Source: an uncultured Verrucomicrobiae bacterium
Lineage (GTDB): Bacteria; Verrucomicrobiota; Verrucomicrobiia; Limisphaerales; JAFGQR01
Assembly: GCA_963788655.1 (NCBI GenBank)
Contig: CAWBHS010000055.1
Coordinates: 1 to 64,000, forward strand
Length of the DNA stretch: 64,000 bases
Direction: 5' to 3'
A program made the position numbers and the translations under genes. Positions 53,807-61,877 of the stretch are shown one piece after another. Position 1 is the stretch's first letter. Every line of letters starts with the position of its first letter. The notes beneath the pieces are model-generated. The model had not been told where the DNA came from and ran no database searches. It saw only the letters and a list, made by a program, of their open reading frames with translations.

Positions 53807-54964
53807 ATGTCCAGCCCGATCCAACCTGAAATTCCGGAAACGACCTTCGTGAACGCCGTGCAGTTGCACTTGCGACATTGGATCATCGCGGTAGGCATCC
53901 TGCTCGCGGTGGCGTTGTTGACGCCGTGGCTGTGGAAGAAGATCGAGCGCTTCGATACCGGTCCCGATTACCGCATTCCGTACCGCTTGAGCAAGGACTA
54001 CTGGCTCTACGAGCGGCGTCTCGAACAATTGGCGCCCACCAACGTTGTGGTGCTCGGCGACTCGGTGGTTTGGGGCGAATATGTCCTGCCAGACGGGACG
54101 CTGTCGCATTTTCTAAATGAGGTGGCCGGGCAATCCGGCGAGTTCGTCAATGCCGGCGTGAACGGCCTATTCCCGTTGGCGATCGAAGGGCTCGTGCGTT
54201 ACTACGGCAGTCCGCTGCGACGCCACAAAGTGATTCTGCACTGCAACGCGCTTTGGCTGACCAGCCCCAAGGCTGATCTGCACATTGCGAAGGAAGAGCC
54301 GTTCAATCACGCGGATTTGGTACCGCAGTTTTTTCCGCGTATCCCGTGTTACAAAGCCGATCTCAACGATCGCTTGGGTGTCATCGTCGAGCGCAACGTG
54401 CCGTTTGTGCAATGGGTGAATCATCTGCAAAACGCCTACTTCGGGCAAAAGAGCATCTTGAAATGGACGCTGGAAAACGACGGCGGCGATCCGCCCCGGT
54501 ACCCGAACGTCTATAAAAATCCGTTTGCGCAGATCACGCTGCACGTTCCGCCGGCGCCGGCGAATGATCCCGAGCGCGGCCCGCAAAGTCCGCGACACAA
54601 ACCGTGGTCCACGAGCGGGCAGGGCACGGCGCGCTTCGAGTGGGTGGACCTGGACACGTCGTTGCAATGGGCCGCGTTTCAACGCCTGCTGCGTGTTCTC
54701 CAGCATCGCGGCAACGACGTGCTGGTGGTGCTCGGTCCGTTTAACGAACACATCATGGCCCCCGAAAACCTGCCCGCTTACCGGCGCGTTCACGACGGTA
54801 TTCAGGGGTGGCTGACGGCGCAACAGGTTCCGCACGTCGTGCCGAAAGTGTTACCCAGCGTGCTTTATGCGGATGCCAGTCATCCGTTGACCGCCGGCTA
54901 CCAGCGGCTCGCGCAGCAGCTTTATGCGGACAAAACTTTTCAGGCCTGGCTGAAAGGCTCATAA
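53807..54964 (+). CDS. Membrane-anchored SGNH-like protein (AlgJ/PatB/DltD-type MBOAT partner)
   Basis: One N-terminal TM, VVVLGDS, NAGVNG, DASH (DxxH); starts immediately after the MBOAT stop. Confidence 0.75.
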   Translation: MSSPIQPEIPETTFVNAVQLHLRHWIIAVGILLAVALLTPWLWKKIERFDTGPDYRIPYRLSKDYWLYERRLEQLAPTNVVVLGDSVVWGEYVLPDGTLSHFLNEVAGQSGEFVNAGVNGLFPLAIEGLVRYYGSPLRRHKVILHCNALWLTSPKADLHIAKEEPFNHADLVPQFFPRIPCYKADLNDRLGVIVERNVPFVQWVNHLQNAYFGQKSILKWTLENDGGDPPRYPNVYKNPFAQITLHVPPAPANDPERGPQSPRHKPWSTSGQGTARFEWVDLDTSLQWAAFQRLLRVLQHRGNDVLVVLGPFNEHIMAPENLPAYRRVHDGIQGWLTAQQVPHVVPKVLPSVLYADASHPLTAGYQRLAQQLYADKTFQAWLKGS

Positions 54965-54976
54965 TCCGGGAGCGAA

Positions 54977-55651
54977 ATGAAATTGAAATACCTTGCTTTG
55001 AACGACCCGCTTTACCGCTATCTGGCCGGGTGCCGCTCCCATGCCGATGATCCAGTGCTGGCGGCGTTGCGGGAGGAGACTGCGGCAATGGGAGACGACG
55101 CCCGCATGCAAATCAGCCCGGACCAGGGCAGCTTGATGACGTTGCTGGTCGCGGCCATCGGCGCGCGTTCCGCCCTCGAGGTGGGCACCTTCACCGGTTA
55201 CAGTTCGATCTGCATTGCGCGCGGTTTGCCGGATGGCGGCCGGCTGCTTTGCCTGGATGAAAGTGAACCTTGGACGGCCATCGCGCGGAAGTTCTGGGCC
55301 AAGGCCGGGGTGACGAACAAAATCGAACTTCGCTTGGGACCGGCGATTCCCGCGTTGCAACAACTCGAATCGGAACTCGAGTTTGATTTCGCGTTCATCG
55401 ACGCGGCCAAGACCGAATACGATGCCTATTACGAACTCATTCTGCCGCGGATCCGTTCGCATGGCTTGATTCTGTTGGACAACATGCTGTGGGGCGGCCG
55501 GCTTGGTTCGGGATCGCCCCAGGAACCTTCTGGCAAGGCTATCGACACTCTGAATCACAAACTGGCTCACGACGACCGCGTGGAGTCGGTGCTGCTGTCG
55601 GTGGCTGACGGGCTGCACCTTTGCCGAAAGAAACCGGTGGCCGACGGATAG
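54977..55651 (+). CDS. SAM-dependent O-methyltransferase (caffeoyl-CoA OMT/MdmC family)
   Basis: MQISPDQG, LEVGTFTGYS, FDFAFIDAAK..Y, DNMLWGG. Confidence 0.92.
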   Translation: MKLKYLALNDPLYRYLAGCRSHADDPVLAALREETAAMGDDARMQISPDQGSLMTLLVAAIGARSALEVGTFTGYSSICIARGLPDGGRLLCLDESEPWTAIARKFWAKAGVTNKIELRLGPAIPALQQLESELEFDFAFIDAAKTEYDAYYELILPRIRSHGLILLDNMLWGGRLGSGSPQEPSGKAIDTLNHKLAHDDRVESVLLSVADGLHLCRKKPVADG

Positions 55652-55729
55652 GTTGGCCAGATTGGGCTAGTCATTGAGCACAAATCGCAGATAAACTGTT
55701 TGGACATCTTGGACAGAAAGAATTGAATC

Positions 55730-56692
55730 ATGAAACGTATTGCAGTCTTTTGGATGCTCGTAACCGCAACGGTTTGTCTGACGCCGTACGGCCAGGCGGC
55801 GAATTCCGCGCGAGTCGAATTCGTGCCGACCAACAATGCCGTCAAAGTCCTGATCGGCGGCCAACATGTCACCACCTATTTGTATGGCGACCAGCTCACC
55901 AAACCCTGTCTCTATCCGGTCAAGACACCCGACGGGATCATTTTGAACCGCGGCTTTCCGTTGACCAAGGTCGAGGGTGAAACCACCGATCATGCTCACC
56001 ACGTTGGCCTCTTTTTTACCTACGACGATGTGAATGGGGATGGATTTTGGAACAACAAAACCAGCCCGCCGCAGGTCAAACACATCAAGTTCACCGCCAC
56101 CGAACCCGGCGATACCCAGGGCACGCTTGGCACATTGTCGCACTGGATTGCCAAGGACGGTCAAACGGTGTTATTGGATGAGCATCGGACCATGATTTTC
56201 AAGCCAATCAAGAGCGGTTACGCCATCGACTTCAAGCTGGATCTGACGGCCCGCAAAAAGGTCGAGTTCGGTGATACCAAAGAAGGGATGTTCGCTATTC
56301 GGACTGCGGATTGGTTGCGTGAAAAAGGCGGCACGGGTAAATACTTTAGTTCTGAAGGCGCCACCGGTTCGAAGAATATCTGGGGTCGCCGGGCCAAGTG
56401 GGTGGCCCTCGAAGGCAAGCAGGGCGGCCAGGTGGTGGGTATCGCGATTCTGGATCACCCGTCCAGCGTGAACTATCCGACCTACTGGCATGCGCGGGAT
56501 TACGGTCTATTCAGCGCCAATCCACTGGGGCAACTGGCGTTTCAGAAAAGCACGAAGGTGGCTAATCCGACTCCCTTGCACCTGACGCTTGAATCCGGCC
56601 AGACGGCGCACTTCCGCTTCCTGGTTCTGGTCTATGAAGGCGCCCGGACGCGGGAGCAGATCGAAGCGGAGTTTCAGAAGTTTGCGCGGTAG
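55730..56692 (+). CDS. Exported DUF6807 ('PmoA family') protein
   Basis: Signal peptide; KP.LYPV, DH.HH.GLF, FGDTKEG.FAIR, DHP...YPT.WHARDYGLF.ANP. Confidence 0.8.
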   Translation: MKRIAVFWMLVTATVCLTPYGQAANSARVEFVPTNNAVKVLIGGQHVTTYLYGDQLTKPCLYPVKTPDGIILNRGFPLTKVEGETTDHAHHVGLFFTYDDVNGDGFWNNKTSPPQVKHIKFTATEPGDTQGTLGTLSHWIAKDGQTVLLDEHRTMIFKPIKSGYAIDFKLDLTARKKVEFGDTKEGMFAIRTADWLREKGGTGKYFSSEGATGSKNIWGRRAKWVALEGKQGGQVVGIAILDHPSSVNYPTYWHARDYGLFSANPLGQLAFQKSTKVANPTPLHLTLESGQTAHFRFLVLVYEGARTREQIEAEFQKFAR

Positions 56693-56991
56693 ATTGCCGT
56701 CCGGTGATCCAACCAGTTCGTGGCGCGGATGACATCGGCTGGGCTGGTTTGGAGAACTGAACTGGCAATAGTCATGGTGATGACTGTTATTAGCGCGAAA
56801 GTTCTCGACAAATCAGTTCCCCGCCAATTTAAGGGTTGCATTCGCGTTGGAATGCCGCCAGTTTGGGTGGTCTGAAACATTGCCGCTTTCCGGCATGGTG
56901 AATCTTCAGTTGAATGTGCTTTCAATGATGATTCGAAACCCGGCAGTCGGGAACAGTTAGGAAAGAGCATCAGTGGAAATAGAAAATCATC

Positions 56992-57336
56992 ATGAGCACT
57001 AAATTGTTTGTGGGCAATTTGTCCTACAATGTCACCGAAATTCAATTGCAGGATCTCTTCGCCGCGCACGGTACCGTTACCGAAGTGAACCTCGTGCAGG
57101 ATCGCATGAGCGGTCGGTCACGTGGCTTTGCGTTTGTTACCATGGAATCCAAAGAAGCCGCCGAAGCAGCCATTCAGGAACTCAACGGCCAAAGCGTGGA
57201 CGGCCGCGGCATCACCGTCAATGAAGCCCGGCCGCGGGAGGAACGATCTGGCGGTGGCGGTGGTTATGGCGGCGGCGGTGGCGGCGGCGGTCGCGGGCGG
57301 GGTGGTCCTCGCCGGGGTTACGGCAACCGTTACTAA
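56992..57336 (+). CDS. Glycine-rich RRM RNA-binding protein
   Basis: RNP2 LFVGNL, RNP1 [22 protein letters not shown] tail. Confidence 0.95.
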   Translation: MSTKLFVGNLSYNVTEIQLQDLFAAHGTVTEVNLVQDRMSGRSRGFAFVTMESKEAAEAAIQELNGQSVDGRGITVNEARPREERSGGGGGYGGGGGGGGRGRGGPRRGYGNRY

Positions 57337-57353
57337 ATTAGGTTTTTGGGAAT

Positions 57354-57391
57354 GGCGGGGCCCGGTTGTGCCGGGTCCGCCTTTGTTTTTT
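57354..57391 (+). terminator. Rho-independent terminator after the RRM gene
   Basis: GC-rich hairpin ggcggggcccgg-ttgtg-ccgggtccgcc followed by tttgtttttt. Confidence 0.75.
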
Positions 57392-57466
57392 CGGGATCAG
57401 GTTCTGCCTGCTGAAACCCGGATTGGTGCAACCTTGAGGCAGAAAGCAGTTAGCAGAAAGTCATTA

Positions 57467-57680
57467 ATGCGCGAACACATCGAACTGGAAGGAAGAATTA
57501 CGGCCGTGCTGGCCGGCACCATGTTTCGAGTCGAATTGGACAACAAACACGAAGTGCTGGCCCATATTTCCGGCAAGATGCGGAAACGCTTCATCCGCCT
57601 GACCGCGGGCGACCGCGTGAAACTCGAAATGTCACCTGTACGACCTCGACAAAGCCCGCATTGTCTATCGGTTGCGCTAG
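57467..57680 (+). CDS. infA: Translation initiation factor IF-1 (one extra base near 57638)
   Basis: IELEG.I...[27 protein letters not shown]...GDRV; removing one base gives [20 protein letters not shown]. Confidence 0.93.
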
Positions 57681-57831
57681 CGCGACTCTCAATCACTCCT
57701 GAAACGTTGGAGTTGCAACGCCGCAAACTGCTCGGGAACTTACCTCAGTCCGTCTCCGGCGCCGGCGGCGAGGGTGAAGCGTCCAAACCCGCTGTCCGGC
57801 ATCCCGTATCTGGCAGCCGGCATCCGCCCCC

Positions 57832-58725
57832 TCAGAGCAACCCCTGATACGCCAGCCACAAGGCGCGGTAGTATCTCATCACCCGCACCGGATCCTTGCT
57901 TTCCGGGATTTCTGCCAGGCAGTAACCGGCAAAACCAACCTCGTTTAGCCGCGTGAGCAGCTTGCGGAAGGGGTAATCTTCCAGGAACAGGTCGCGCATG
58001 TGGACGGAAAAGATCTGGTCCTTCAACAAATCGAAGTTATGGTCGAACCCCGCGCCGGCCAGATCGCTTTGATTTGAGTTCCAACAAGCACCCACATTGG
58101 GATGGTCGGCCGCGTCGAGGATGGCCTTGATGTTTGGCACGAACGACGTGTCCTTGCCGTGGACCTCGAGGCGAATTTGCACACCATAGCCTTTACCAAA
58201 CTCGCCCAATTGCCGCAGGGCCCGGCCAATCTGTTCGAGAGTCTTTTCCTTGGGGACACCGTTGGGCAGGCCGTTGGGCCGGACCTTCACGCCGGACGCG
58301 CCCACGTCGTGCGCCAGGATGATGTATTCCTTCGTCGCCGCGATGTCGCGCTTGAGCTTTTCCTGGTCCGGGGTGTGGTAGTCGAACGCGCTGCCCAGGC
58401 CCATCAGCTCGACTTTAGAATCCTGGAACCGCTGCTTGACCTCCGCGCGTTGCGCCGGAGTCAGGTTAACCTCGACTTTGTGCGCGTGCGTCGTGCGCAG
58501 TTCGACCCCCTGGAAATGGGCGGCTTCACAGTTTTTGATAATGGTCGCGATGTCCCAGTCTTTGGCGAGGTTGTACGTTACGGTTCCCAATTTCATTTTG
58601 GGCGGCCGGGTGAGAAAACTGGGCGCTGCCGCCGCCGTGGAGGTGAAGGAGGAATCTGCCAACAGGCCCAGGGCACCCGCGCCCAGTCCGGCAGCTTTGA
58701 GGAAGTTACGTCGATTCGTTTTCAT
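57832..58725 (-). CDS. Tat-exported sugar-phosphate isomerase/epimerase (xylose isomerase-like TIM barrel)
   Basis: NRRNFLK signal, GVELR, LEVHG, SVHMRD. Confidence 0.85.
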   Translation of the reverse strand: MKTNRRNFLKAAGLGAGALGLLADSSFTSTAAAAPSFLTRPPKMKLGTVTYNLAKDWDIATIIKNCEAAHFQGVELRTTHAHKVEVNLTPAQRAEVKQRFQDSKVELMGLGSAFDYHTPDQEKLKRDIAATKEYIILAHDVGASGVKVRPNGLPNGVPKEKTLEQIGRALRQLGEFGKGYGVQIRLEVHGKDTSFVPNIKAILDAADHPNVGACWNSNQSDLAGAGFDHNFDLLKDQIFSVHMRDLFLEDYPFRKLLTRLNEVGFAGYCLAEIPESKDPVRVMRYYRALWLAYQGLL

Positions 58726-58783
58726 GCTTTGTTTTGTTGTTCGTTGTGTGGCGACGGCTCAATGGTATTTGCCGTCATGAAAA

Positions 58784-59803
58784 TTATGCGCTACGGCGGT
58801 GCCGCAGTCGGTCCAGCGCTACCGCCACAATGATAATGGCGCCGGTGATGATTTCCTGCACCCAATTGGGCAAGCCCATTTGCGAGCAACCGGAACGGAT
58901 AACGGACATGATCAGCGCGCCGACAATCGAACCCAGGATCGAACCTTCGCCCCCGGACAAACTGCCGCCGCCGATGACCACCGCGGCGATGACGTCCAAT
59001 TCCAGGCCAATGGCCACCGTGGGATCGCCGACCGTCAGCCGGGAAAACTGCATCACGCCGGCCAGCCCGGCAAACGCGCCCCCGAGCGTGTAAATAAAAA
59101 TTTTCACCCGATCCACCGCCACGCCGCACAGGCGCGCGGTCTGCTCATTGGAGCCCAGCGCAAAGGTGTGCCGTCCCAGCCGCGTGTAACGCAGGACCAC
59201 GGACATAAGCACCGCCATCCCTATCAATATCCAGACGCCGGCGGGAAACACGTGCCAGCGGTTGCCGGGCCCCAGCGACGCCAGCACCTCGTTCAACCAG
59301 GTTTGGGGCGCATCCAGTTTTTGTTCGTGGGAGATTCCTTTGGCGGCACCGCGGGCCAGCAACATCATGCCCAGCGTGACGATAAAAGGGACCACCCGCA
59401 GGCGCGTGATCAACAGCCCGTTCGCCAGGCCGCACAAGCCGCACACCACCACTGCCGCCAGGGCGGCTTTGACCGGACACAACACAGCGCCGTACCAGTT
59501 CAAAACCCAGGCGACGACCACCGTGCTCAAGGCCACCACGGAGCCGACCGACAAATCGATGCCGCCGGAAATGATCACCACCGTCATACCCAGCGCCGCG
59601 ATGCCTACGATGGCGGTTTGCCGGGCGATGGTTTCGACATTGCGCCACGTGCGAAAACTGTCCGGCCCGATCAGGATGAACAGCAGAAAGACGAACGCCA
59701 GGGCCAGCAAGGGACCAAACCGCTGGAGCACGCGGCGCCAATCCAGCTTGCCGGCGTTACTCGGGGTGAACACTTTTGCTGGATCTGCCTCCATAGTTTT
59801 CAA
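58784..59803 (-). CDS. Monosaccharide ABC transporter permease (RbsC-like)
   Basis: GGIDLSVGS, PFIVTLG, GSNEQTARLCGV, ELDVIAAVVIGG.SL.GG.G. Confidence 0.93.
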   Translation of the reverse strand: MKTMEADPAKVFTPSNAGKLDWRRVLQRFGPLLALAFVFLLFILIGPDSFRTWRNVETIARQTAIVGIAALGMTVVIISGGIDLSVGSVVALSTVVVAWVLNWYGAVLCPVKAALAAVVVCGLCGLANGLLITRLRVVPFIVTLGMMLLARGAAKGISHEQKLDAPQTWLNEVLASLGPGNRWHVFPAGVWILIGMAVLMSVVLRYTRLGRHTFALGSNEQTARLCGVAVDRVKIFIYTLGGAFAGLAGVMQFSRLTVGDPTVAIGLELDVIAAVVIGGGSLSGGEGSILGSIVGALIMSVIRSGCSQMGLPNWVQEIITGAIIIVAVALDRLRHRRSA

Positions 59804-61347
59804 GTTTCAACCGCGGTATCCTGTCCGGTTGCTTCGAGCATAAGCTGATGCTCATTGATGTCCTCGACGCGGTGGGCCGGGCCCAGCCGTCCACGGCACA
59901 TCACCGCGATGCGGTCGCACACGCCCATCAATTCCGGCAAATAGCTGCTCACCATCAACACCGCTTTGGCCGGGGTGCCTTCGGCCGCCGAACCGCTGGC
60001 CAGTTCATTGATCAGTTGATAGATCAATGCCTTGGCCGCTACGTCGATGCCGCGCGTCGGTTCGTCCAACAGGAAAATGTCCACGTTGTGCTGCAACAAC
60101 CGCGCCAGCGCGACCTTCTGCTGGTTGCCGCCAGAGAGGGCGGCGACTGCTTGCCGGGGCCCTCGGCAGCGGATGTTCAGCCGTTCGATCCACGTCTGGA
60201 CTGCTTGTTCCTGTCGGCTCGGGAAAATGAGACCGCCAAACCCGAAGCCCTGCAGATGGGAGAGGGTAACGTTGTCGGCAATGCTCATCGACAGCGCCAG
60301 ACCTTCCGCTTTGCGGTCTTCACTGAGCAATCCCACGCCTTGGGCCCAGCGCCGCAATGGCGATCCCAACCCGGCATAAGCGCCAATGCGAATTTGGCCG
60401 TCGCGCACCGGGTCCAGTCCGAACAAACAACGGAGCAACTCCGTTCGACCGGCGCCCATCAAACCGGCGATGCCCACGACCTCGCCACGCCGCAACTCGA
60501 GCGAGGCCGAAGCAGGCTTCTCCAAGCCGGCCAGGTTTTTGATCTCCATCACCACGTCGCCGGCCGAACGCGGTGAGCGGGGATACAAATCTTGCACCTC
60601 GCGGCCGACCATCAACGTCACGATTTGATCCACGGGCATCGCCTCCGTGGCACCTTCCCCGACCGTCCGGCCGTCGCGCAGCACAGTGATGCGATCGGAG
60701 ACTTCTTTGACCTCTTCGAGAAAGTGCGAGATATAGACAATCGCCAGTCCCTGGGATTTCAACTTTTCGATGAGCGCGAACAATTGCCGAACATTCTGGC
60801 TGGTGAGGCTGCTGGTCGGTTCGTCCAATACCAAAATCCGGCAGCCGACCGCCAGGGCACGGGCGATCTCGACCAATTGTTGGGCGGCGACGGTGAGTTG
60901 GCGGACAGGTTGGTCAGGACGAATCTCCGTGTGCCCAAAATGTGCCAGGGCTTCCTGGGCGCGCCGGCGAACTTCGTGCCGGTGAATCCAGCCCCAGCGA
61001 TGCGGCTCCAAGCCCAAGGTGATGTTCTCCTCGACCGTCAAATGCGGGGCCAGCGAAAGCTCCTGGTAAATCATGGCCACTCCCGAACGCCGGGCGGCCA
61101 GTGGGTTGGCCGGATGGAAGGGTTGGCCGTCGAGCCACATTTGGCCGGCGTCCGGTTGGTGCGCGCCGGAGAGAACCTTCATCAACGTGCTTTTGCCCGC
61201 TCCATTTTCCCCAACCAGCGCCAGCACTTCGCCGGGAAACACTCGCAGGCTCACGCCGTCCAAGGCCACCGTGGCGCCAAAGCGCTTCGAGATGTCTTGC
61301 ATCTCAAGCCGAGGCGTGGGGCTGGGCGCGTTCAAATCCGGACTCAT
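59800..61347 (-). CDS. Monosaccharide ABC transporter ATP-binding protein (RbsA-like, two ABC domains)
   Basis: GENGAGKST, LDEPT, ISH, EDRK.EGL, LSGGNQQKV, DEPTRGIDV. Confidence 0.95.
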   Translation of the reverse strand: MSPDLNAPSPTPRLEMQDISKRFGATVALDGVSLRVFPGEVLALVGENGAGKSTLMKVLSGAHQPDAGQMWLDGQPFHPANPLAARRSGVAMIYQELSLAPHLTVEENITLGLEPHRWGWIHRHEVRRRAQEALAHFGHTEIRPDQPVRQLTVAAQQLVEIARALAVGCRILVLDEPTSSLTSQNVRQLFALIEKLKSQGLAIVYISHFLEEVKEVSDRITVLRDGRTVGEGATEAMPVDQIVTLMVGREVQDLYPRSPRSAGDVVMEIKNLAGLEKPASASLELRRGEVVGIAGLMGAGRTELLRCLFGLDPVRDGQIRIGAYAGLGSPLRRWAQGVGLLSEDRKAEGLALSMSIADNVTLSHLQGFGFGGLIFPSRQEQAVQTWIERLNIRCRGPRQAVAALSGGNQQKVALARLLQHNVDIFLLDEPTRGIDVAAKALIYQLINELASGSAAEGTPAKAVLMVSSYLPELMGVCDRIAVMCRGRLGPAHRVEDINEHQLMLEATGQDTAVET

Positions 61348-61604
61348 GCTGTGCGGCCGATTGAACACAAATCCGGAGCCTCAGGCAACTAAACGTTGAA
61401 GGCGCGCCCAGCAACCGCTATTGATTTGCGCATGCCCAATCGTCCTTGGCACTCCGCTGTTGTGCTCCGCGGTCAATCCAGCGCGGAAATGGTTTTCAAG
61501 CGTTTTCGGTCAAGTCTGAGGCGTAAGTCGATGAATGACTCAAATCCACCCCAAGCAGTCAGCGTTGCAGAGAACCCGTGGCTCTTGGTGCTTCGAACGC
61601 CTCT

Positions 61605-61781
61605 TTTCCCCTCACCCCGGCCCTCTCCCTTGGAGAGAGGGGGAACCCTCTGCCGCGTTTGTGCGAAGGCGAAGCCGGCGAACCAAATGCCAGGTGACAT
61701 CCGCAAACAGAGCAACGGATCATCTGAGCGCACCAGCGGCTTTTCCCTCTCCCCGAGGGAGAAGGTTAGGGTGAGGGGAAA
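61605..61781. repeat. Intergenic palindromic doublet, family B
   Basis: tttcccctcaccccggccctctcccttggagagagggggaa ... ttccctctccccgagggagaaggttagggtgaggggaaa. Confidence 0.88.
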
Positions 61782-61877
61782 CAAGGCACTCCCTACAATT
61801 CAGCCGCATCGAGTGTGTCCCGAACTGTGCAACTCCACGAATCCTCTGACAGAATCGGAGCTGGCCCCTAAAACGGA

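Noticed and set aside
55730..56692. Methane monooxygenase subunit, from the 'PmoA family' label
   Set aside because: Soluble exported beta-rich protein with no pmoCAB context; it does not resemble the membrane enzyme subunit.
57467..57847. Programmed frameshift or C-terminally extended IF-1
   Set aside because: One extra base explains it and restores a canonical IF-1 end; similar indels occur across the window.
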